From contig CAZKAY010000006.1 in the NCBI GenBank assembly GCA_964550975.1, positions 1 through 37,437 on the forward strand: DNA of 37,437 bases, read 5' to 3'. Shown here in pieces: positions 25,522 to 33,860 of the stretch; the first letter of the stretch is position 1; each line of letters begins with the position of its first letter. The DNA comes from an uncultured Thermoproteales archaeon (GTDB taxonomy: Archaea; Thermoproteota; Thermoprotei; Thermofilales; B9-G17). Position numbers and translations under genes: made by a program. The notes below the pieces were generated by a model. The model had not been told where the DNA came from. It was given only the letters and a program-made list of their open reading frames with translations, and did no database searches.

Positions 25522-27774
25522 TCAGACTACTGGCTTTCCCTTTCTAGGTATTTCGATTACTCTTTCTACTTTCTTCTTTAATATTTTCTCTAATACATAT
25601 TTTGCTTTTTTCCTAGACAATATCATATTATTATTCCCACAGTATGGCGAATATATACACTTCGGGCATCCATCTATACAGTTGCATTCACTAATAAGTC
25701 TATATGCTCTTTTTAATGCTATACTAATATCATTATATATTTGAAAAGATATTCCAGAGCCGCCTGGAAATGTATCATAGATATATATGTGTCCAGTAGG
25801 AAAACTTACTCCGCCAATATCCGTCATCGACGCACCTACAATTGTCTGAGAGACAGATATTAAGGCGTGTTCGATAGCATGAAAGGCCTCAGCATTTTCT
25901 ATATCATTCCACATATCACTATATGGAAATACTATTAAAATGCCTTTAGTATTAAATTCATATTCTATAGGTTGTCTGAGAATTTCCTCTCTTATTTTGA
26001 TGTTTCTAAAAAAGTCTTTTACAATATAGGCATATACTGTGTCAGTTATATTTAACTCTAAATACTTTATAGAAATATTATGTACTATTTTATCTTGAAA
26101 AATCTTTGTTTCATCTGGGATTGTATAGTACAGTGGAACGGTATAGAGATTAATATTTTTTGGTAGTTTTCTAACGATTGCCTTATTATCTTTAAATTTT
26201 AGGGAGAGATATGGTGTTCCTCCATGAATATATATTGCACCTGGAAATAATTCCTTTATAGCCATAGATTTTTCTCTAAAACCTATAATTTTACCATTTT
26301 CAGAAATAATTTTCACATTTTCTCCAACTCCCCTTAAACTCATTTTCTTTCTAAGAAACGCCCACCCATTTCTTGTTGGAAATAAAAATTTCCCCCTTTT
26401 TCGTAAAAATCCTTCCTTAACTAGATTCTCTATAATTTTTTTCTCATTTTCAGACAACTTTAAATAATTCAATGGATAATCTATTGCCATTGCAACTAAA
26501 TGGGTCTTCATTATCTCAATATTATCTAAATCGATGTAAAGTGGTTCTAATCCTTGTTTCCAAAAATCTTCTGGATATCTTTCATAATAACTACTTATAG
26601 GATCATTTCCAAGAATAGTAAAAACATATGCTTTCTGTCCTCTTCTACCACTTCTACCTATTCTTTGAATATATTTAGAAAATGTGGCTGGAATATTAAA
26701 TAATATAACTGAATCAACATGACCTATGTCTATACCTAATTCAAGCGTAGGTGTAGCTAAAACTGTACTAATTTTCCCGCTCCTAAACCTTTTTTCTACC
26801 TCGGCTCTTTCTTCAGGTCTAAGACCAGCTCGATGTATATATAAATTTAAACCATATTTTTCTCCTAAACGTTTCAAGAACTCTACAACTCTATGACTAT
26901 CCGCAAATAATATTGTTCTAAATCCTTTGTCCTGGCAAAACTTTATCAATTTAAGTGCTTCTAATAATTTGCTTCTATCAATAGGTTTAATAAATATATG
27001 TATAGTTTCTCCACGTTTAGATCCCCTTTCAAATATCAAATCTACATCTCTTCCAAAAAGTTTTTTAGAAAATTCTAGTGGGTTTCTTATTGTAGCTGTA
27101 GAACCTATAACCTGAACATTTCCCAAAAACCTACTTAGTCTTTTAAAAACATATGCTACATGGGTTCCGAAGACACCGCTATATATATGAAAATCGTCGA
27201 AAACTATATATCTAATATTTCTAAGCATTTTCTTAAAATTTTCAGAGTATATAAGTGAAACATGTATCATATCCGGATTTGTAATCAATATTGGGGGAGG
27301 GTTCATGAAAATTTTGTCTCTGTCTTTTCTCGTAATATCTCCATCAAATATTGCATATCTAATGCCGAACAAATTTCTTATGAATAGATCTATTCTTTTT
27401 GCCTGATCTCTGGCTAAAGCTTTGGTAGGATATATTAATAACGCCCTAATACCCTTAAAGGGGTTTTCTAAAACATCATTTAAAATTGGGATTAAGAATG
27501 CTTCAGTTTTACCTGTACCAGTACCAGCTACGATTATAACATCTTTACCATCAATAATTTTTTTAATAGCTATTTCTTGAAATCGATAAAATCTATCAAT
27601 ACCATTTATCTTCAATATATCTTTTATTACTTCATTGATCTGAACTTCATCTACATAACTACCATATTTTATATCTGAGGCGGTTTCCAGAAAGGTATGA
27701 ACGATCTCAGCTCCTTTATCTCTACTCAATTCTTTTAAAATATCATCTTCACTAATGTTTATTTTCTTTAACAC
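25522..27774 (-). CDS. SF2 DEAD/DEAH-box helicase with C-terminal DUF1998 zinc-binding domain (Hrq1/SftH/MrfA-like)
   Basis: AGTGTGKT, YPTKALARDQ, TNPDM, DDFH, TAT, TLELGIDIG, QRIGRSGR, HAIEHALI, YD..PGGSG, CNCIDGCPKC. Confidence 0.92.
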   Translation of the reverse strand: MLKKINISEDDILKELSRDKGAEIVHTFLETASDIKYGSYVDEVQINEVIKDILKINGIDRFYRFQEIAIKKIIDGKDVIIVAGTGTGKTEAFLIPILNDVLENPFKGIRALLIYPTKALARDQAKRIDLFIRNLFGIRYAIFDGDITRKDRDKIFMNPPPILITNPDMIHVSLIYSENFKKMLRNIRYIVFDDFHIYSGVFGTHVAYVFKRLSRFLGNVQVIGSTATIRNPLEFSKKLFGRDVDLIFERGSKRGETIHIFIKPIDRSKLLEALKLIKFCQDKGFRTILFADSHRVVEFLKRLGEKYGLNLYIHRAGLRPEERAEVEKRFRSGKISTVLATPTLELGIDIGHVDSVILFNIPATFSKYIQRIGRSGRRGQKAYVFTILGNDPISSYYERYPEDFWKQGLEPLYIDLDNIEIMKTHLVAMAIDYPLNYLKLSENEKKIIENLVKEGFLRKRGKFLFPTRNGWAFLRKKMSLRGVGENVKIISENGKIIGFREKSMAIKELFPGAIYIHGGTPYLSLKFKDNKAIVRKLPKNINLYTVPLYYTIPDETKIFQDKIVHNISIKYLELNITDTVYAYIVKDFFRNIKIREEILRQPIEYEFNTKGILIVFPYSDMWNDIENAEAFHAIEHALISVSQTIVGASMTDIGGVSFPTGHIYIYDTFPGGSGISFQIYNDISIALKRAYRLISECNCIDGCPKCIYSPYCGNNNMILSRKKAKYVLEKILKKKVERVIEIPRKGKPVV

Positions 27775-28872
27775 CTAGATTACACCGGTTTCTTTAGCCA
27801 TTCTCTCAGCAGCAGATCTAGTTAATCCCCTATGTCCTAAAATAGTATATCTCTCAGGCCTAATCCTATGAGCTAAAGTTAAGGCTTCTATAATATATTT
27901 GGGTTCTATACCTAATTCATAAGCATTAGTTGCTGCACCGGCAATCTTTAATGCGTCTCTAATTTTCTCCCAATCACCTCCATGTAACCACATCATCATA
28001 ATAGCACCTAATCCAGTCTGTAAACCATGGTATGCAGGTTTAAATCCATATTTCTGAGATAATAAATCCAATGCATGACTAAATAGATGTTCACTACCTG
28101 AGGCTGGTCTACTACTACCAGCAATGCTCATAGAAACTCCACTACCTATTAAAGCCTTTACAAGGACTCTAATACCTTCTTCAAAGCCTTGCTTTATTAT
28201 AGAAACTTTTTCTAATACTAACTTAGCGCTCATTAGGGCCATTGAAGCTGCATATTCACTATAATCTTCTCCCTTTAACCGATATGCTAGTCGCCAATCC
28301 CTTATGGCTACGAACTTAGCTAGCATATCTCCACAACCAGATGCAATTGCAATTGGAGGCGCCTGAGAAATAATTTTGGTATCAGCTATAACAGCTATAG
28401 GTGCATGTAGGCTATATTTTCTCTTAGCTTTTTTCATCTCTTGTCTTAATAGATAGGATACTGCGGGGGAAGCTATTCCATCGTTAGACGGATTTGTAGG
28501 TATACTTATAAAATTTATTGATGATAAACTTGCACTCAGTTTTCCAGCATCTATTATCCTTCCTCCACCTACGCCTAAAACTAAATTTATCTTATTCTTT
28601 CTTATTACCGATAAAAGATTAAGTATAGTTTTATACGTAATCGGTTTTTCACTAATCATATATCTTACAACTACTATTCTACTATTATCTAAGACTGGTA
28701 AGATTTTTTCCTCAACTATATGGTTTGTAATGGTGGTTCCAGATAATACTAAAATTTTATTTTTTCTTCTTCTACTAGATATTGCCTTAAGTATATCTGG
28801 GATCTTTTCTACTGCATTTGGACCAAATATTACATGCCGAGGGATCTCCATTGCTTCTAATCCTTTAGACAA
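27775..28872 (-). CDS. egsA: sn-glycerol-1-phosphate dehydrogenase
   Basis: GVGGGRIIDAGK, PTNPSNDGIASP, GSSRPASGSEHLFSHALD, HGLQTG, IRPERYTILG. Confidence 0.95.
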   Translation of the reverse strand: MSKGLEAMEIPRHVIFGPNAVEKIPDILKAISSRRRKNKILVLSGTTITNHIVEEKILPVLDNSRIVVVRYMISEKPITYKTILNLLSVIRKNKINLVLGVGGGRIIDAGKLSASLSSINFISIPTNPSNDGIASPAVSYLLRQEMKKAKRKYSLHAPIAVIADTKIISQAPPIAIASGCGDMLAKFVAIRDWRLAYRLKGEDYSEYAASMALMSAKLVLEKVSIIKQGFEEGIRVLVKALIGSGVSMSIAGSSRPASGSEHLFSHALDLLSQKYGFKPAYHGLQTGLGAIMMMWLHGGDWEKIRDALKIAGAATNAYELGIEPKYIIEALTLAHRIRPERYTILGHRGLTRSAAERMAKETGVI

Positions 28873-29001
28873 ATGAGGTACCCATAGATTTGTTATCTTA
28901 TAGAATATTTTTTCTCCAATATTTAACTCTATCTTAAATCATCAATCCGACAAATGTTTATAGAAAGACATATATCTATATATTAATAAACGGGGGATTA
29001 A

Positions 29002-30060
29002 ATGAATATATGGGTTGAAGCGTTAACTGGTAAACAAGCTCTTCTATTTAGCTTTATTGCAAAATTTTTTATGGATAGAGGGGATAATGTCATAATTACA
29101 TGTCGAGAATATGATTATACAGCTAGAATATTTTTTCAAAGAGGACTTAAACCCTATGTGTTAGGTCGATATGGTGGAGGAACATTACTAGGTAAAATTA
29201 GGGCTAGTTTAGATAGACAGTTAAGAATACTTGATATTATTACTGAAAAAAATATAGATGTTCACATCTCTTTTACATCCCCGGATTCATGTAGGGTAGC
29301 ATATGGTTTGAATATACCGATAATAAATCTAACAGATTCTCCTCATTCCTATATAGTAAATAAATTAACTATACCGTTATCAAGATTCTTAATTATCCCT
29401 CACTGTATTCCTAAGAAAGAATTTAGCCACCTCATTCCATTAAGAAATATATATACATTTAACGGTATATTTGAGGTCACTTGGACAAAGAACTTTTCCC
29501 CGGATTCAAGGATACTAGATGAATTAAATTTAGATAAATATAGATATATTGTTATGCGCACAGAGGAGAAAAAGGCGTCCTATTATAAGGACATGGATAG
29601 CAGGCCAACATTGATCTCAATTTTTATAGATAAACTTATCTCAAGGGAAAGGGGGCTTAAAATTGTAATATTTCCAAGATATATTGATCAGAAAAAATAT
29701 TTGATTAAAAAATATGGTGAGAAAATAATTATTCCCGAGAGAAGCGTAGATACGCAGTCTCTAGCACATTATTCTTTACTAGTAATTACCGGAGGAAGTA
29801 CCTTTGCACAAGAAGCGGCTCTCCAAGGAATACCCTCTATATCATATTTCCCTTATCATTTTTATATAGAGGAATATATAGCTAAAAGAGGTTTTCCCCT
29901 ATTTCACTACATAGATATCATAAATGCTTTAAAAAAGATGCTTGATATAATTTCAGATCCATTTAAATATCATATTAACACAACTAGACTTTTAGAAAGG
30001 ATGGAATCTCCCTTAGAATTATTGGAGAAGATAATCAATCAGATTTTTATAGAAGATTAG
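29002..30060 (+). CDS. DUF354 family GT-B glycosyltransferase-like protein
   Basis: IWVEALTGKQ, ITCREY, GRYGGGTL, RVAYGLNIP...DSPH, RTEEKKASY, GGSTFAQEAALQGIPSIS. Confidence 0.85.
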   Translation: MNIWVEALTGKQALLFSFIAKFFMDRGDNVIITCREYDYTARIFFQRGLKPYVLGRYGGGTLLGKIRASLDRQLRILDIITEKNIDVHISFTSPDSCRVAYGLNIPIINLTDSPHSYIVNKLTIPLSRFLIIPHCIPKKEFSHLIPLRNIYTFNGIFEVTWTKNFSPDSRILDELNLDKYRYIVMRTEEKKASYYKDMDSRPTLISIFIDKLISRERGLKIVIFPRYIDQKKYLIKKYGEKIIIPERSVDTQSLAHYSLLVITGGSTFAQEAALQGIPSISYFPYHFYIEEYIAKRGFPLFHYIDIINALKKMLDIISDPFKYHINTTRLLERMESPLELLEKIINQIFIED

Positions 30061-30108
30061 AGAATATATTGTTAAATATTATTTATTAGATATCATAGGG
30101 GTTTATAT

Positions 30109-30645
30109 TTGAATATAGAAGATATAGATGAAATTAAATTAAAGATAGAAGAATTAAAAAAACATGTGAAAGATGATAGACATCTATATAATATTTTAGA
30201 TGAACTAGAAAACTTTTTATCAAATCCTTCTAAAGTCATCGCGTATGGGGTTTATAAATTAAATAAATACGAGGATAAAGAAAAATATATAGAAATATTA
30301 GATAGAATGAGGGAGAATGAGGATATAAGGATTTTTTCAGACCGACTTCTACATTCATGGAGAACTAATAGGGTCCTAAGATTTATACTTCAAGTTGCAT
30401 GGATTGTAGCAGCAGCAGTATCATTTATGATGGGTGTATATTTATTCTTTCCACCCTATATATTTTTCGGTAGAGTTAGTGGAAATTTTACTACAATTCT
30501 TCAAAGAACGATGGAACTTGTTTCAAAGAGTCCGCAAATACTTTTAGTTATAGATCCACTATTTAAGGTTCTTGGATTTGCTATGATGATCATTGCAATA
30601 ATAAGTTTATACCAAGCACATTTGATAAGTAGAGAGGGTAGCTAG
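30109..30645 (+). CDS. Hypothetical membrane protein (soluble helical N-domain + 2 TM)
   Basis: GGGG RBS, TTG start; ends 1 bp before the permease gene. Confidence 0.7.
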   Translation: MNIEDIDEIKLKIEELKKHVKDDRHLYNILDELENFLSNPSKVIAYGVYKLNKYEDKEKYIEILDRMRENEDIRIFSDRLLHSWRTNRVLRFILQVAWIVAAAVSFMMGVYLFFPPYIFFGRVSGNFTTILQRTMELVSKSPQILLVIDPLFKVLGFAMMIIAIISLYQAHLISREGS

Positions 30646-30646
30646 A

Positions 30647-32665
30647 TTGAGTTTTAAAATAAGGGATTTTTTGATTAAAAATAGGGTTGAAAACTTTATT
30701 CTAAAAATATTTCTATATTTATTAGCAATGGCAGGTGTATTATCCTTACTTCTATTACTTGTATTACTATCACTTTTCCAGATAACTTTTATGCCCAGGG
30801 AAGTTATCGAAAGCATAACTACTATTTTATTTATACCATTAATAATGGATTTAATATTAGTTTCTCCTAATTTGCCGATCTTTCTCCTATTTTTTTACAT
30901 AATACCTCTTCTCTTAATATTTACTGTTCTAATTAGAATAATATTGAAAACGATTTTATTTCCACGAGTAGATGTATTTAGAAAATTTCTTAAAAGAGAG
31001 GAGTCTAATAAGATAGCTAAGGAGAAATTCGGTTTATTAGATTTAATGGCTATAAGTATTGGTGCTACTATAGGACCATCTACCTTTGTATTAAGTCCGT
31101 ATAGCGTAAAACATTACGGATGGTATGCATTTTTGGGAATGCTTTTATCGTCAATTTCAGCTATATTATTGGCCTATGGATATAGTAAAATGTATTATTA
31201 TAGTAAAAGGCTTAAGAAAAAAATTATTGGAGGCCCGTCTTTTGTTGGAAACGCTTTCGGTACAAAACATTATCTATACATGATTTCACGCTTTACACTG
31301 TGGATAGGAAATGTATCCTTGTCTGCATTTAATCTTTTAATAGCTATAGGTTTGGTCTCTGAATATCTGTTACCAAGAATTTTTTCCTTTATTAATCTAA
31401 ATGAAGATCCCGTTATGACTTTTATAGTTAAAATTACTACATTTATAATTTTATCGATCTTTGTGATATATAGCCATGAGAGATGGGAGAAGATGGTAAA
31501 AAGTCAATTATATTTAACAATAATATTTTTATTTCTATTCATTTTCCATATAGTCCTTCTAACAATGCAATATAATATTCCCATGCAAAGTGTAATGGAA
31601 ATTAATATGGGCTCATTTGATCCCGGTTCAATTATAACTGGAACGTTATCTTCTGCAGCATATGTATATTTAATGATCTTCGGTTTCCAGGAAGTACAGA
31701 GTTTAGGAGAACACATTAAATCTAAAGGTACTAACTATGATGATAGATTGAAGGAAACAACATCAATACTGAAAAAGGCAATGATAGGAGGTACAATTTT
31801 TTCCTCTATCATTTTCCTCTCATATATTGCCATTTACATTGGTTTAAATAATATGGGTATCGAAACTCCCGACACAATGATACCTGCATTAGATATTTCG
31901 ATGAAATCAGATATACTTTACATAACTACTCTCTCTGCACTATTTCTTGGAGTAATGACAACTTATATTCCGTCATTTGTTGCCAGTCTAAAACATTTGA
32001 GAGAACTTATGTTAGATGTATTTGAAATACCAATTACTCATTTAAAAATACGGATAGACCCATACATAGTAATATTTTTCATGAGCCTACTCTTATTGAC
32101 AAATGAGGAGTACATTATAAAATTAACGGATTTCTCTGTTTTAGTATCCATGTCAATAATATCTATATCAGAACTATTTCTATGGAGAAGATTTTTTAGA
32201 AGAAAAAGTATAATTACTAAAGGTAATTATAGGGTATTTCTAACTTTCTCTATAATACTTGTAATCACATTATTTTCATCAATATTTTCCCAAGAAATAG
32301 CTATAAATAGTATTATTTTCATGATTATAGCTACACTTATGATAATGTTTTTAAGCTATGAAACAATTATAATTGAAATTTTCTCAATTATAATTGGACT
32401 ATTTACAATATCTATAACCCCCTCTCTAATAAACGTTATAGGGGAGATGGCTAAATACGGATTGGCAACACCCACAGATATAGCGATCATGCAGGCATTA
32501 ACTATGTCATCAATAATTATATACTTTATATTTCTTATAATCCTACTTCATGTTTTGATAGAAAATAGGGTTGAAATCATAAAAATAATCTCCATCATAT
32601 ATGGATTTATACTAGATACATTATTTCGACTCAAGAAATTTATAAAATATCGTAGACAAACATAG
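30647..32665 (+). CDS. APC-superfamily amino acid permease with extra N- and C-terminal TM segments
   Basis: FGLLDLMAISIGATIGPSTF (TM1), GGPSFVGNAFG, IFGFQEV (TM6); very hydrophobic. Confidence 0.8.
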   Translation: MSFKIRDFLIKNRVENFILKIFLYLLAMAGVLSLLLLLVLLSLFQITFMPREVIESITTILFIPLIMDLILVSPNLPIFLLFFYIIPLLLIFTVLIRIILKTILFPRVDVFRKFLKREESNKIAKEKFGLLDLMAISIGATIGPSTFVLSPYSVKHYGWYAFLGMLLSSISAILLAYGYSKMYYYSKRLKKKIIGGPSFVGNAFGTKHYLYMISRFTLWIGNVSLSAFNLLIAIGLVSEYLLPRIFSFINLNEDPVMTFIVKITTFIILSIFVIYSHERWEKMVKSQLYLTIIFLFLFIFHIVLLTMQYNIPMQSVMEINMGSFDPGSIITGTLSSAAYVYLMIFGFQEVQSLGEHIKSKGTNYDDRLKETTSILKKAMIGGTIFSSIIFLSYIAIYIGLNNMGIETPDTMIPALDISMKSDILYITTLSALFLGVMTTYIPSFVASLKHLRELMLDVFEIPITHLKIRIDPYIVIFFMSLLLLTNEEYIIKLTDFSVLVSMSIISISELFLWRRFFRRKSIITKGNYRVFLTFSIILVITLFSSIFSQEIAINSIIFMIIATLMIMFLSYETIIIEIFSIIIGLFTISITPSLINVIGEMAKYGLATPTDIAIMQALTMSSIIIYFIFLIILLHVLIENRVEIIKIISIIYGFILDTLFRLKKFIKYRRQT

Positions 32666-32670
32666 ATTCT

Positions 32671-32700
32671 AGAAAACTTAATAAGAGGGATAAATTTATA
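32671..32700 (+). promoter_or_regulatory. Candidate BRE/TATA promoter for rpl12
   Basis: AGAAAA-CTTAATAA and a second box TTTATA in the short intergenic region; AGGTG RBS at 32725-32729. AT-richness limits specificity. Confidence 0.45.
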
Positions 32701-32736
32701 TTTCTAAATAATAATTATCATCAAAGGTGTATTGGA

Positions 32737-33054
32737 ATGGAATATGTATTTGCAAGCCTAATATTACATTATGCTAAAAAACCAATAACAGAGGAAAACA
32801 TTAGAAAAATATTAAGTGCAGCTGATATCGACGTAGATGAAGTCAGGGTAAAGGCTTTAGTAGCCACATTAAATGAGGTAAATATAGATGAGGTTATAAA
32901 GTCTGCAGCTGTCCCGGCTATGTCGATGCCAACTACAGTTCAGCAGCAACCACCACCTGAAGAAAAGAAAAAGGAAGAAGAGAAGAAGGAAGAAGAGAAG
33001 AAGGAGGAGAAAGAAGAAGAATCCATGGAGGGATTGGCGGCTCTATTCGGATAA
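32737..33054 (+). CDS. rpl12: 50S ribosomal stalk protein P1/L12
   Basis: MEYVFASLILH...ITEENI...VKALVA...EEKKEEE...GLAALFG. Confidence 0.97.
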   Translation: MEYVFASLILHYAKKPITEENIRKILSAADIDVDEVRVKALVATLNEVNIDEVIKSAAVPAMSMPTTVQQQPPPEEKKKEEEKKEEEKKEEKEEESMEGLAALFG

Positions 33055-33810
33055 AGCCTTATTTTCCTCAAGTATTTTCCTCAATTCTTTTGTTCTATTA
33101 GTATACAGTCTGATGGTGATCTTATCTCTGGTTGAAGGCATCATAGGTGAGTCTTTACTTGAAATAGATATTTCAACAAATTTCCTATTTGTATTCATTT
33201 TTATATCTTTAGCTTTTAATGGAAATAATATGGGTTGACTTTTATCTAATAATAATCCTTTATTAGTAACGATATATTCTGATGGAATTACAATATGTGG
33301 AATGTTTTTCTTCTTCAAGTAATATGAGGAGTATCTCATTGTAATCAGTGAGATTAGAAAGAACATAAAATACAATAAAAAGAAGGATATAAATGAGGCA
33401 AGTTTATTGTCATATACATATATAATAATAAAGTTTTTTATCAAATTTATTATTCCATTTCTCATCGATCCAATAAATATCATTGGAAAAAATATTAATA
33501 ATGGAATTAATTGGAACAATAGAATTATGCCCTGACCTTTCATCTCGCTACTTAGCTCTCGATCCTTTAATCTAAGTTTCATAACGATTTCCCTACTTTC
33601 TTCGAAAAGCTTTTTACCACTTTCTATCAACTTTACATTTGATATAAGTTTCTTAGTCTGTTTACCAAGAAGTAAAAATTGAATTCCCATTATAGCTACA
33701 AAATATAATAGAAATAAAAATGAAAAGTATTCCTGAAGATATGTAGACATAAAGGAGAATATTAAGAGCATGACAATATTCAATATGATATTTTTATATC
33801 CTATATTCAT
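33043..33810 (-). CDS. DUF2208-like crenarchaeal membrane protein
   Basis: 4 TM segments; SGKKLFEE...KDREL..E; IPSEYIVTNKGLLLD...FP...NTNRKFVEI...IRLYT. Confidence 0.7.
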   Translation of the reverse strand: MNIGYKNIILNIVMLLIFSFMSTYLQEYFSFLFLLYFVAIMGIQFLLLGKQTKKLISNVKLIESGKKLFEESREIVMKLRLKDRELSSEMKGQGIILLFQLIPLLIFFPMIFIGSMRNGIINLIKNFIIIYVYDNKLASFISFFLLYFMFFLISLITMRYSSYYLKKKNIPHIVIPSEYIVTNKGLLLDKSQPILFPLKAKDIKMNTNRKFVEISISSKDSPMMPSTRDKITIRLYTNRTKELRKILEENKALSE

Positions 33811-33860
33811 GATATATCCCAGTAAATATTGATCAACCTAAATTCATATTCTTTCCCTAT

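Noticed and set aside
32958-33021. Purine-rich tandem repeat (GAAGAAGAGAAGAAG)
   Set aside because: Encodes the normal EEKKEEE acidic hinge of ribosomal P1/L12.
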